From Treponemataceae bacterium (lineage in GTDB: Bacteria; Spirochaetota; Spirochaetia; Treponematales; Rectinemataceae): a stretch of 64,000 bases of DNA. The stretch spans positions 1,120,001 to 1,184,000 of the forward strand of contig CAXXHO010000005.1 of the NCBI GenBank assembly GCA_963667725.2. The letters run 5' to 3'. The notes beneath the pieces were generated by a model that was not told the origin of the DNA, did not search any database, and was given only the letters and a program-made list of their open reading frames with translations. Made by a program: the position numbers and the translations under genes. Positions 1 through 8,869 of the stretch are shown here, piece after piece (positions within the stretch are counted from its first letter, which is position 1; every line of letters starts with the position of its first letter).

Positions 1-1
1 A

Positions 2-1366
2 GCGGCCACACCGACGATGTTTCTTGGGTCCGATGGTAAGGTGATCCCTAGGTCCACTACGGAAGGAGCGCTTTCCATCGGTGTTCCAGGCGAAGTCAAA
101 GGGCTTCTCTACGCTTTCAATACGTTCGGCTCAGGGAAGCTATCGCGCATGGAGATGGTTGAACCAGCAATAAAATGCGCGGTTACAGGTATTCCCGTCA
201 CCGCCAACCTGGGAGGCCTGATAAAGGATAATTTTGACAAGCTCACAAAATACGAGAATGGCGCCGCGATTTACCTTGAAGACGGGCTACCCTACGAAAT
301 TGGGTCTTCTTTCACGAATAATGACCTTGCCAAGACATTGGCCAAGATTGGGGCTGGCGGCGAAGATGCTTTTTATAGGGGCGAAATCGCCCAGGCAATG
401 GTTGCCGAAGTCCAGAAACGAGGCGGAATTCTGACGCTGGAAGATCTCGCGAACTATGAGGTGAAAATCCGCAAACCGGTAAAAGGCACCTATCGCGGAT
501 ATACTATTCTCTCGGTACCTCCCGCTTCCTCGGGCGGAACCCATCTCATTCAGATACTCAATATTATGGAGAACTTCAACCTTCAGAAAACAGGCCAGGG
601 AACAGCCGCCACCGCTCATCTTTGGGCGGAAACCATGAAAATGGCTTTTGCCGACAGGGCAAAATACATGGCCGACACCGACTTCGTAAAAGTTCCTCTC
701 GATGGGCTCAGCTCCAAAGAGTATGCCAGGACGCTCGCCGCCAAGATTAATCCTGACAAGCCCATGGCTGGCGTCACTGCCGGAGACCCCTCAAAGTATG
801 AATCCGGATCCACGACTTCCTTCGCCGTCATGGACAAGGCGGGCAATATGGTGGCCGTCACCAAATCGATAAACTATACATTTGGCTCCGGTATCGTCGT
901 TCCCGGCTGGGGCATCGTCATGAACGATCATATGGACGATTTCGTGGCCACTCCGGGTTCCGTCAACTCTGTCGAGCCAGGCAAGCGCCCCCTATCCAGC
1001 ATGAGCCCTACCCTCGTCCTCGACCCGCAGGGAAGGTCATTCATGGCTGTCGGTTCTCCGGGAGCGACGAGGATTTTCACGACGGTGGCGCAGATCATCT
1101 CCAACGTGGTGGACTTTAGCATGCCGATCGACCAGGCGATTTTCTATCCGCGCCTCTTTCAGATGGCGTCAGGCTCTCTGAATATGGAAGGCCGCTATTC
1201 CATCAATTCCATGGAGGCGCTCAAGAAGCTGGGCCACACGGTCACTGTCCGCAACGATTGGGATGTCTACTTCGGCGGCGTACACGCCGTCCTATATGAC
1301 TATAGCGCGGGCCTCCTTTATGGAGGCGCCGATCCCAGACGCGACGGCATAGCGGCCGGGTTCTGA
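2..1366 (+). CDS. ggt: Gamma-glutamyltransferase (5' end lies outside the window)
   Basis: GVPG, PPASSGG, FADR, the autoprocessing site ESGSTTSF, PGKRPLSSMSP, GSPG and GADPRRDG. The frame is open to the window edge (AATPTMFL), so the N-terminus is missing. Confidence 0.95.
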   Translation, partial: AATPTMFLGSDGKVIPRSTTEGALSIGVPGEVKGLLYAFNTFGSGKLSRMEMVEPAIKCAVTGIPVTANLGGLIKDNFDKLTKYENGAAIYLEDGLPYEIGSSFTNNDLAKTLAKIGAGGEDAFYRGEIAQAMVAEVQKRGGILTLEDLANYEVKIRKPVKGTYRGYTILSVPPASSGGTHLIQILNIMENFNLQKTGQGTAATAHLWAETMKMAFADRAKYMADTDFVKVPLDGLSSKEYARTLAAKINPDKPMAGVTAGDPSKYESGSTTSFAVMDKAGNMVAVTKSINYTFGSGIVVPGWGIVMNDHMDDFVATPGSVNSVEPGKRPLSSMSPTLVLDPQGRSFMAVGSPGATRIFTTVAQIISNVVDFSMPIDQAIFYPRLFQMASGSLNMEGRYSINSMEALKKLGHTVTVRNDWDVYFGGVHAVLYDYSAGLLYGGADPRRDGIAAGF

Positions 1367-1377
1367 TTCTCTTCTAT

Positions 1378-1422
1378 ACCTGAGATACCCGAGGCGCATG
1401 CATGCCTCGGGCTATCCCAGGT
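1378..1422 (+). terminator. Imperfect inverted repeat after ggt (possible terminator or stabilising hairpin)
   Basis: ACCTGAGATACCCGAGGC...GCCTCGGGCTATCCCAGGT, 12 nt after the stop; no U-tract. Confidence 0.45.
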
Positions 1423-1468
1423 GTCACGCCAGCGTTTAAGCAAGCCTGCTCGGCTTCAGGGCTAATCG

Positions 1469-2353
1469 ATGAATTCTTTCATGGTGACATTGCGTTTTTT
1501 CGGTTTGATTTTTGCGGAGTTGACAGTCCTCTTTTTGGGGATAAGCACCTTGGACTGCATTGTTTTCGAGTACGTATCCGATGATACGCTCAAGCGATGG
1601 CTGTCCAGAAAGGGTTTGCTGGGCAATTTCCTCGGCGCGGCGATGGGGGCGGTGACGCCCTTCTGCTCTTGCTCGACAATTCCCATGACCGTCGGGCTTC
1701 TGCGCGCCGGTGTGCCTTTTGGCGCCACGATGTCATTCGTTCTCGCCTCCCCCCTGCTCAACCCGATCATACTGACGATGTTCTGGGTATTGCTTGGCTG
1801 GAAAGCCAGCCTCGTCTATTTTATGGTAACTTTTGCGGCAGCCATGGTAAGTGGCGCGGTACTGGAAAATTTAGGATTTTCGAAAGATGTGAGGAATGTG
1901 CGGATCACCGGGGGCGCTCAAGAAAAGGAAAGACTCCCGACCTTCGGCGCGAAGCTAAAAAGAGCCTTCCTTGGCGCATGGTACGACTTTAGAGGTGTTT
2001 TGGCATATCTGGCGATCGGCGTGGCCATCGGTGCCGCTATCTATGGCTATATGCCCGCGGATTTTGTGGCCAGGATCGCGGGACCGCGGAATCCTCTCGC
2101 GATTCCCGTGGCCGCGATTATCGGGATCCCTCTTTATGTAAGGGCCGAGACGGTTATCCCTGTCGCTGTCGCCCTCACGCAGAAAGGCATGAGCATTGGG
2201 GCGGTGATCGCGCTCATTATCGGCGGGGCGGGAATGAGCATTCCCGAGATGAGCATGCTGGCGAGCATTTTCAAGAAGCGGCTGGTGGCGGTATTCATCG
2301 CTGTCGTGTTCTTCACGGCGGTGACAGCCGGATTTGTGTTCAATTTTATCTAG
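1469..2353 (+). CDS. ArsP/DUF318-family permease
   Basis: TPFCSCSTIP, ASPLLNP, IGIPLYVRAE and GGAGMSIPE motifs; about 8 hydrophobic segments. Confidence 0.85.
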   Translation: MNSFMVTLRFFGLIFAELTVLFLGISTLDCIVFEYVSDDTLKRWLSRKGLLGNFLGAAMGAVTPFCSCSTIPMTVGLLRAGVPFGATMSFVLASPLLNPIILTMFWVLLGWKASLVYFMVTFAAAMVSGAVLENLGFSKDVRNVRITGGAQEKERLPTFGAKLKRAFLGAWYDFRGVLAYLAIGVAIGAAIYGYMPADFVARIAGPRNPLAIPVAAIIGIPLYVRAETVIPVAVALTQKGMSIGAVIALIIGGAGMSIPEMSMLASIFKKRLVAVFIAVVFFTAVTAGFVFNFI

Positions 2354-2368
2354 GAAGGAGATCACTGG

Positions 2369-2575
2369 ATGGAAGACAACAAGCCGAAGGGCGTACTCGC
2401 CACATTGTTCAGGCCCAAAAAGTCTGGTTGCTGCAACGTCAAAATAGAAGAAATAAAGGATGAAGAGGAACCGGATGGCTTGGGTGGATCGAAAACCGGG
2501 GGAGTCCCGAACGGCGCCCCTAAGGACAATGCCTCAGACAATGACACAAATGGGAAAAGGAAACCTTGCTGTTGA
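2369..2575 (+). CDS. Small 68-aa protein with two Cys-Cys pairs (putative metal/metalloid-binding)
   Basis: GGAAGGAG RBS upstream; KKSGCCNVKIEE and a C-terminal KPCC; directly follows the permease. Confidence 0.65.
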   Translation: MEDNKPKGVLATLFRPKKSGCCNVKIEEIKDEEEPDGLGGSKTGGVPNGAPKDNASDNDTNGKRKPCC

Positions 2576-2688
2576 AGACTTCGGTTTAGAGGATAGCCAT
2601 GAGGGGAGAAGTCGACTTTTCCAAGAAAAGCCTGCTGGGGATTTTCAGGATGGGCATACGATCCTGATCCCCCGCGATGTATGTCAAT

Positions 2689-3024
2689 TTATGGCAAGGC
2701 CGCGGTCACGTCGGCGTAGACGTCGAAGACGCGGTCCAGCATCATGAGCTTGATGACGGCCGCTACCTGGCTGCCAAGGCTCGCCAGCCTGAGGAATCCG
2801 CCGGCCTCCCGCGTCGCCTTGAGTCCCGAGATCAGGGCGGAGAGCCCCGAGCTGTCGATGAAGGTGACGCCCGCCATATCGAGTATCAACCTGGTTTTTC
2901 CGCCCTCCACGATCTGCCTGATCCTCTGCTTGAACTCGGGCGCGCTCGCGCCGTTCAGCCGGCCCGAGAGGGCGACGATGTCGCAGCCTTCCCCGCCGTT
3001 TTTCTCCACAATGACAAGGTCCAT
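2689..3024 (-). CDS. STAS-domain anti-sigma-factor antagonist (SpoIIAA/RsbV-like)
   Basis: LSGRLN..., LILDMAGVTFIDSSGL with the phosphorylatable Ser; GGAGG RBS. Confidence 0.92.
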   Translation of the reverse strand: MDLVIVEKNGGEGCDIVALSGRLNGASAPEFKQRIRQIVEGGKTRLILDMAGVTFIDSSGLSALISGLKATREAGGFLRLASLGSQVAAVIKLMMLDRVFDVYADVTAALP

Positions 3025-3041
3025 TCAGGAATCCTCCATGC

Positions 3042-5057
3042 TCAATGCGTTATGTCGCGTTCGGTCAAAAATTCCGGCGGCTCGGCGCTCCAGTCCTTGG
3101 GGAGCTGGTAATACAGCGCCTTCACTACTATGCCTAGAGAAAGGACGTTGTACGCCGACCAGAAGAGATTGACTACGAGCCCTATGACGTTGAGGCCTCT
3201 CCCGAAGAAGAACATGACGAGGCCGTAGATCGCGGCGGCGATGCTCAGGGCTATTATCGTCGCCTGAGGCCAGATCAGCCTGAAATCCCTCCCGCTGTCC
3301 CTGTGCTTGGGAGTGACGACGAAGGCCAGCTTCTTGCCGCCCAGGACGCTTATCACGGCTTTTATGTTGAGAGGGAACATGGCCAGGTTGTACTGCTCGC
3401 CCCTCCACACGGGAATGCCCGCCGCCACGAACCTGAACATGATTTTGTTCATGACGAAGAAGGGAATGAAGCGGACGAAGAAATCAACGGACCATGAAGC
3501 GACGGGCGCTATGCCCGTGAAGAAGAAGACGATGGGCGCGAGAAGGAGGACGAGGTTGAAGAAACCGGAGAAGTAGGAATACATGGTGGCGAAATACATG
3601 AGTTTCTGCGCGAAGGACAGGCCTTTCTTGGTGAATGGATTCTCCCTGAGAAAAACCTGTATGGTGCCCTGGGCCCAGCGTAGCCTTTGCTTGAGCGATG
3701 TTCCGAAATCCTCGGGAGCGAGGCCGTAGGCCAGCACCTCAGGGTAGAACACGCTCTTCCAGCCGAAGGAGTGAAGGCGCATGGCAGTGGCCATGTCCTC
3801 GGTGATGCTGATCGTGGCGAGGGCCTGCACGGGGATGGCCTCCTCGCTGCGCGAGAGGTTGAGGGCCTCCATGTATTCGGGCGATATCCTGAGCTTGTCG
3901 AGGGCCGAGGAAGGCGCCTGCCGGCTCAGGGAGTCCAGGTTGCCCACGATGTGGCGGTACACGGCGGCCGCGTCCATGTCGCCGCTCTCCGCCAGCTCCT
4001 TCATCGCCGTCGCCAGCTCGCCGACGTCTTTCCTCGCGACGAGGAATTCCGCGTCTCTGACGGCTTCGCCCACGAGATCGCTCACGCGTTCGAGGGGGGC
4101 TTTGTCGTCGAGGGCCGTTCGGGCCGCCTTGAGTCCCTCCATCAGCCGCCCGACCGCGGCGCAGCTGTCCTCGTCGTCGCAGGAAGTCTTGGCCGTCCGC
4201 TTGATGAGGTTCTCGATCGTTACCCTTTCGCGCTTTTCCAGGGTTTCCACGTATTCGCGAATGCCGATCTGCATGAGGGCTTCGCGGCGGAGCACGGCGT
4301 TGGAGCCGCAGAAGAAGGCGGCGTTCCAGCCGTCCTTGCCCTGCTGGATCGGGCCGTAGAAGAGGGAAGCCTCGTTGCCGAAGGGGTCGCCCGGCGGCAG
4401 GTTATAGAAGTACTGGGGCGTCTGGACGAAGGCGACGGCCGGATCGGCGAAGAAGCCCAGGGTCTTGCGGAAGATCGCGGGAGCCGGTATCTGGTCGGCG
4501 TCAAGGATGAGGATGAACTCGCCCGAGGTTTCGAGCAGCGCGTTGTTGACGTTGCCGGCCTTGGCGTGCCGCGGCTTTTTCGCCCACTCCGGACCCCGGC
4601 TGATGTAGCCGCAGCCGAGCTCGTCGGCCATCTTCTTCATCGATTCCCGCGCCCCGTCGTCGAGGATGTACACCTTCTTGTCGGGCCAGTCGATGCGCAT
4701 GGCGGCTTTGGCCGTCATGCCGACGAGTTCCTCGGGTTCGTTGTAGGTGGTGATGAAGACATCGACCTCGGCTTTTTCGGGAGGGGGAAGGGCTTCCCTG
4801 TCGATCTTGCGCCAGGACATCAGGACGAAGAGAACCATGTCGATGATGCCGTAGCTTTCGGCTATCACCATGGGGATGGCGAACCAGAGGGCTTTCATGT
4901 TGAGGCTCGCTAAATAACGCCAGATGATGTAGTTCAGCCCCAGGGCGACGGAGACGAGGCCGATCGCGCGGGAGAGAAGGAGCCGGTGGTCGCCGCGGCC
5001 ATGGCTGCCGTCACGGGGGCTGCCGCCAGGATGGCGGCCGCTTCGGGCTGGATTCAT
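3042..5057 (-). CDS. Cellulose-synthase-like GT2 (BcsA/CesA-like); no PilZ domain; large internal insertion
   Basis: TYNEP, LDDG, HAKAGN, DAD, QTPQYF, FFCGS, TED and QRLRW motifs plus transmembrane helices. Start reassigned to ATG 5057 (MNPARS), which forms an ATGA overlap with the upstream stop. Confidence 0.9.
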   Translation of the reverse strand: MNPARSGRHPGGSPRDGSHGRGDHRLLLSRAIGLVSVALGLNYIIWRYLASLNMKALWFAIPMVIAESYGIIDMVLFVLMSWRKIDREALPPPEKAEVDVFITTYNEPEELVGMTAKAAMRIDWPDKKVYILDDGARESMKKMADELGCGYISRGPEWAKKPRHAKAGNVNNALLETSGEFILILDADQIPAPAIFRKTLGFFADPAVAFVQTPQYFYNLPPGDPFGNEASLFYGPIQQGKDGWNAAFFCGSNAVLRREALMQIGIREYVETLEKRERVTIENLIKRTAKTSCDDEDSCAAVGRLMEGLKAARTALDDKAPLERVSDLVGEAVRDAEFLVARKDVGELATAMKELAESGDMDAAAVYRHIVGNLDSLSRQAPSSALDKLRISPEYMEALNLSRSEEAIPVQALATISITEDMATAMRLHSFGWKSVFYPEVLAYGLAPEDFGTSLKQRLRWAQGTIQVFLRENPFTKKGLSFAQKLMYFATMYSYFSGFFNLVLLLAPIVFFFTGIAPVASWSVDFFVRFIPFFVMNKIMFRFVAAGIPVWRGEQYNLAMFPLNIKAVISVLGGKKLAFVVTPKHRDSGRDFRLIWPQATIIALSIAAAIYGLVMFFFGRGLNVIGLVVNLFWSAYNVLSLGIVVKALYYQLPKDWSAEPPEFLTERDITH

Positions 5058-7228
5058 GCTTTCTCCTCTCTGGCGATCTTGACGATATGCCAGCGGTTGA
5101 TGTTCGCGGGGCCATTCCCCTGGTGTTCGTATTTCAGCTCGTCGACGAGGGCGCGAACGATGAGGATGCCCCGCCCGCCCTCCTCGAGGGGAGGGGGAAG
5201 CTTGAGCCCCAGGCTTTCGGCGTCGAAGGCTTCGCCCGGATAGCCGATGTCGAAGATCATCCTGTCTTGCTCCAGACTGAGGTGGATAGTCATGGCGCTT
5301 GCGCCATTCGCTACTCCCGGCGCTTCGCCCGGCCTGGCATGGGTTATGGCGTTCGTCACGAGCTCGGAGGCCACGAGTTCCATCGCGTCGGCGAAGGCCT
5401 CGCCGTAGGAGAGGGAAGCGTCCCTGACGAAGGCGACGGCCGGCTCGAGACACTCCATGGTGGGGGGTGAAGAAAGCTGGAGTTCCCTCCGCGTCGCTTT
5501 CAGGACGATGAGGGTGAGGTCGTCGGCGAGGGAGCCTTCGCCCGAGAAATCCCGCACGGCGGCGAGGACTTTCTGGACGATATTCGCGGCCGACAGGCCA
5601 GAGGCCTTCCCGAGCAGGTCGATGAAGCGATCCATGCCGAAGAGTTCGCCGCCGCCTTCGGCGGCGACAGCCTCGGTGATTCCATCGCTGTAGATGACAA
5701 GATAATCGCCCGGCCGGACGCGTATCTCCAGCTGGCCTATGTCCGCTTTCTTCATGACGCCGATGGGCGGGGCGGTGGAGGGCAGGCGCCGGCATTCACC
5801 TGTGGAGGGACGGCAGAGGAGGGCTTCCGTATGTCCGGCTGAGGCGTAGGCTATGGATCCGCGATCCGTGTCGATGCGAATGAGCTGGGCGGTGAGGAAC
5901 ATCTCGGTGCGCTCGAGATCGTCATAAAGGGATTCGTTCATCTCGGCCAGAAGACTGGCGGGGGGATTGTCGGGGCTTGCGGCATGGCGGAACATCATGC
6001 GCGCCGCCGAAGTCATCATGGCGGCCGGAATGCCCTTCCCCGAGACGTCGGCGATGATTATGTCGCAGAGGGATGGGGATGGCATGATGTGATCATAGAA
6101 ATCCCCGCTGATATAGCGGGCGGGGATGGCGGCCGAAGAGTACTCGAAGCCGCGTATGTCGGGATTTTCCGTCGGGAGGAGGCTGCGCTGCACTTCGGCC
6201 GCCATCAGGATGTCCTGCTCCAGCCTTTGCTGCCGCGCCACCTCGGCCTGGAGCGCCCGTATCTGGGCGCCGCCTTCCTCCACCATGAGGCCGAGCTTTT
6301 GCGATTCAGCCTCGAAGCGTTCGCGAGCCCTGAACTTGGCCAGGAAGCTGCCGAGGCCGGCCCCGATTTCGGCGATCATGTCCAGCAGCTCCCTATTGCG
6401 CTGGATTTTCCTGCGGCTGAGAAAAAGCACGACGCCGTAGATCTTCGCCTCATCGATGAGGACGGTGCCGATGGCCGATACGAGACCCGATTCTTCATAC
6501 TCTCGTCGCCGCACCGATGAGTACAGCGAGGGCAGGTCGTCGAAGAGGCTCGCCTCGCCCCTGCTCCACAATAGCCCGGGCAGGCCGACGCCGGGGGCCA
6601 GGGTTGTCGCCACGGAAGCTTCAACGAGGCGTCTGAGCCTAGCCGATCGGCCATGCCAGAAGCTCTTCCGCCTGAGAAGGACCTCCTTGTCGTCGATCAG
6701 CCAGATCTCCCCGAGATCCCAGGTGAGGCTTCCGCATATCGTTCCGAGGATGTCGGCGAATTCGCGCTCGAGATCGGTCTCCGTCGTCTTCAAGGCGGCT
6801 ATGGAATGGCGCACGGTGTTGAAGCGCTCGGCTTTCACGCGGTCGCTGATGTCGCGCGCTACCACGATGATCTGCAGCTGCCGGGTTATGATATCGCCGA
6901 AAAACTGGAACTTGCTTTCGAACCAGCGGTAGTAGCCGTCCTTGCGCCGCAGTCTGCAGTCGATCCTCCTGTGGGAGCGGAAGAGAATTTCGGGCTCCAG
7001 GGCTTCGGCCACCGCTTTCCTGTCCAGGGGATGGATGAAGTCGAAGGCGTTCCGGCCTTCCAGCTCTCCCGGCTCGTAGCCGAGAAGTTCGAGGCTGGCT
7101 GGCGAGACATAGAGGCAGATGCCTTCGATCGAGATGCGCACTATGAGGTCGGTGGAGTTCTCCGCGAGGAGGCGGTAATTCTCCTCGTAACCTTTGCCAT
7201 CACCTTTCGCCGCGCTTTCAGTCGACAC
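5054..7228 (-). CDS. PAS-GAF-PP2C(SpoIIE) phosphatase fused to an RsbW-like HATPase Ser/Thr kinase
   Basis: PAS (YVSPAS..LLGY, FIHPLD); GAF-like segment (GVGLPG); PP2C motifs SGDFYD, ADVSGKG, SDGITE, DDLT; C-terminal ELVTNAITH and EGGRGI. Confidence 0.9.
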   Translation of the reverse strand: MSTESAAKGDGKGYEENYRLLAENSTDLIVRISIEGICLYVSPASLELLGYEPGELEGRNAFDFIHPLDRKAVAEALEPEILFRSHRRIDCRLRRKDGYYRWFESKFQFFGDIITRQLQIIVVARDISDRVKAERFNTVRHSIAALKTTETDLEREFADILGTICGSLTWDLGEIWLIDDKEVLLRRKSFWHGRSARLRRLVEASVATTLAPGVGLPGLLWSRGEASLFDDLPSLYSSVRRREYEESGLVSAIGTVLIDEAKIYGVVLFLSRRKIQRNRELLDMIAEIGAGLGSFLAKFRARERFEAESQKLGLMVEEGGAQIRALQAEVARQQRLEQDILMAAEVQRSLLPTENPDIRGFEYSSAAIPARYISGDFYDHIMPSPSLCDIIIADVSGKGIPAAMMTSAARMMFRHAASPDNPPASLLAEMNESLYDDLERTEMFLTAQLIRIDTDRGSIAYASAGHTEALLCRPSTGECRRLPSTAPPIGVMKKADIGQLEIRVRPGDYLVIYSDGITEAVAAEGGGELFGMDRFIDLLGKASGLSAANIVQKVLAAVRDFSGEGSLADDLTLIVLKATRRELQLSSPPTMECLEPAVAFVRDASLSYGEAFADAMELVASELVTNAITHARPGEAPGVANGASAMTIHLSLEQDRMIFDIGYPGEAFDAESLGLKLPPPLEEGGRGILIVRALVDELKYEHQGNGPANINRWHIVKIAREEKA

Positions 7229-7308
7229 TTCCGGTCACCCTCGCTGAGTTCAGGATTTCGTCACCAGGAGAGAGTCTAGCATGCTTTTCCCCGCATATCA
7301 CGCTATCG

Positions 7309-7719
7309 TCAGGCAGGCCTCGCTCGCTTTAGTTCCTGATGAATTACCTCCAGTATAAACCCTTTTTCTCGCAGCGCCGCGGCCAGGGCTTCCGCCACGG
7401 CTACGGAGCGATGCTGCCCGCCCGTGCAGCCCACCGCGACCTTCAGCGATTTCTTGCCTTGAGCCCTGAAAGAGGCCTCCATCCGCAGGATGAGTCCGGT
7501 CAGGGCATCGAGAAAGGCTTGGCTTTCCTCGTCCTTGAGGACGTAGGAAGCGCAATCTGCATCCTTGCCGGTCATGTGGCAGAGCGAAGGCACGTAATAT
7601 GGGTTGGGAAGAAAACGGACGTCGACCACGAGATTGGCCTCGATCGCGCCGTACTTGTAGCCGAAAGTCCAAAGCTCTATCGATAGCCTTCCCGCGGCTT
7701 CATCCTCTGTCCTGTTCAC
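7309..7719 (-). CDS. Stand-alone RapZ/YvcJ C-terminal domain protein
   Basis: FGYKYG, DVRFLPNPYY and GCTGGQHRSV are RapZ C-terminal domain motifs; no N-terminal P-loop domain. Confidence 0.88.
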   Translation of the reverse strand: MNRTEDEAAGRLSIELWTFGYKYGAIEANLVVDVRFLPNPYYVPSLCHMTGKDADCASYVLKDEESQAFLDALTGLILRMEASFRAQGKKSLKVAVGCTGGQHRSVAVAEALAAALREKGFILEVIHQELKRARPA

Positions 7720-8869
7720 CTAAATTCCCCTTTTGCCCGTCTGGCTGATGCCGCGGCCGGTCTCCATCAAGGGGAATGCGCAGCGTAAAGGTGGAACCCT
7801 TCCCCTGTTCGCTCGAAACGGCGATGCTGCCGTCGAAAATGGCGATGATATCCTTCACGATCGCGAGCCCCAGTCCGCTGCCTCCGGTTTGAGAGCTGCG
7901 CGCCTTATCCACACGGTAGAAGCGTTCGAAAATTCTTTCCCTATCCTCTTCCGCGATTCCGATTCCGTTGTCCGACACGGCGATCGCGAGATCTTCCACG
8001 GTCGGGCTCGCTTCCACGAGTATGAAACCGCCCTCCTGCGTATACTTAATGGCGTTCTCCACGAGATTGTGGATAGCATGAAAAAGCCAGGTTTCGTTGC
8101 CGCTGATCGTAAGCCCTTGCAGGGAGATCCGAGCCTCGAGGGCTTGGCGCTTCTTCTCGGCGAATGGAGCCAGAACGGTGAGAACCTGACGCAGCATCTT
8201 TTCGACGTCGATCGAACCTTGCCTTTCGGTGGATATTTTATTCTCCATCTTCGAAAGGAGGAGAAGCTCGGATATCAGTTTTTTAAGCCTCTCCGTCTCG
8301 ATCTCCAGTATTTCCAAGCTGCGGTTCCTGTCTTCTGGCGAAAGGTTGTCATACATTTTCAGCATCTCTATGAAGCCGGAGATGAGGGTGAGGGGCGTCC
8401 TAAATTCGTGGGATACGGTGGACACGAATTCCTTGCGAAGGCTCTCGACTTTTTTCCTTTCGGTTATGTCCTTGACGATCGCGAGAATGCCAATGAAGGA
8501 TCGTTCGCCGTATTTGCTCATCACGGGCGTTATATTCACCTGGATATCGAATCCGATGTCATTTTTCGTCTCGAAGGTCTTCCCGCTTTTTTCGATACGG
8601 GCCGAGCGGCACTCCTCAAGTATTTTTCGCATCGTCGCGTTGTGCGCTTTATTTCCGCCATCGAAGAGACAGGATCCATGGATGCCCAGGAGGCTCTCGG
8701 CGCTCCTGTTGAAAAGGACGATGCGTTCTTCGGTGTCGGTCAGGAAAAACCCGTCCTCCATCGAAGAAAACACCGAGTTGATGTAATTGTTGTGCTCGTT
8801 GTTCCGACGAGTCATCTCGTCCAGCTGATTCTGGAGCGCCGCGCATTTTTCTCGCCAGTTTTCCGTCAT
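7700..8869 (-). CDS. Cytoplasmic PAS sensor histidine kinase (PhoR/WalK-like)
   Basis: SHEFRTPLT H-box, NLVENAIKY, DNGIGI, FERFYRVDKARS, GGSGLGL; PAS domain; no transmembrane helix. Confidence 0.93.
   Translation of the reverse strand: MTENWREKCAALQNQLDEMTRRNNEHNNYINSVFSSMEDGFFLTDTEERIVLFNRSAESLLGIHGSCLFDGGNKAHNATMRKILEECRSARIEKSGKTFETKNDIGFDIQVNITPVMSKYGERSFIGILAIVKDITERKKVESLRKEFVSTVSHEFRTPLTLISGFIEMLKMYDNLSPEDRNRSLEILEIETERLKKLISELLLLSKMENKISTERQGSIDVEKMLRQVLTVLAPFAEKKRQALEARISLQGLTISGNETWLFHAIHNLVENAIKYTQEGGFILVEASPTVEDLAIAVSDNGIGIAEEDRERIFERFYRVDKARSSQTGGSGLGLAIVKDIIAIFDGSIAVSSEQGKGSTFTLRIPLDGDRPRHQPDGQKGNLGEQDRG

Noticed and set aside
5058..5795. N-terminal 246 aa of the 917-aa ORF 3042..5795
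   Set aside because: Arg/Pro-rich off-frame read-through overlapping the PP2C-kinase gene; the real start is ATG 5057
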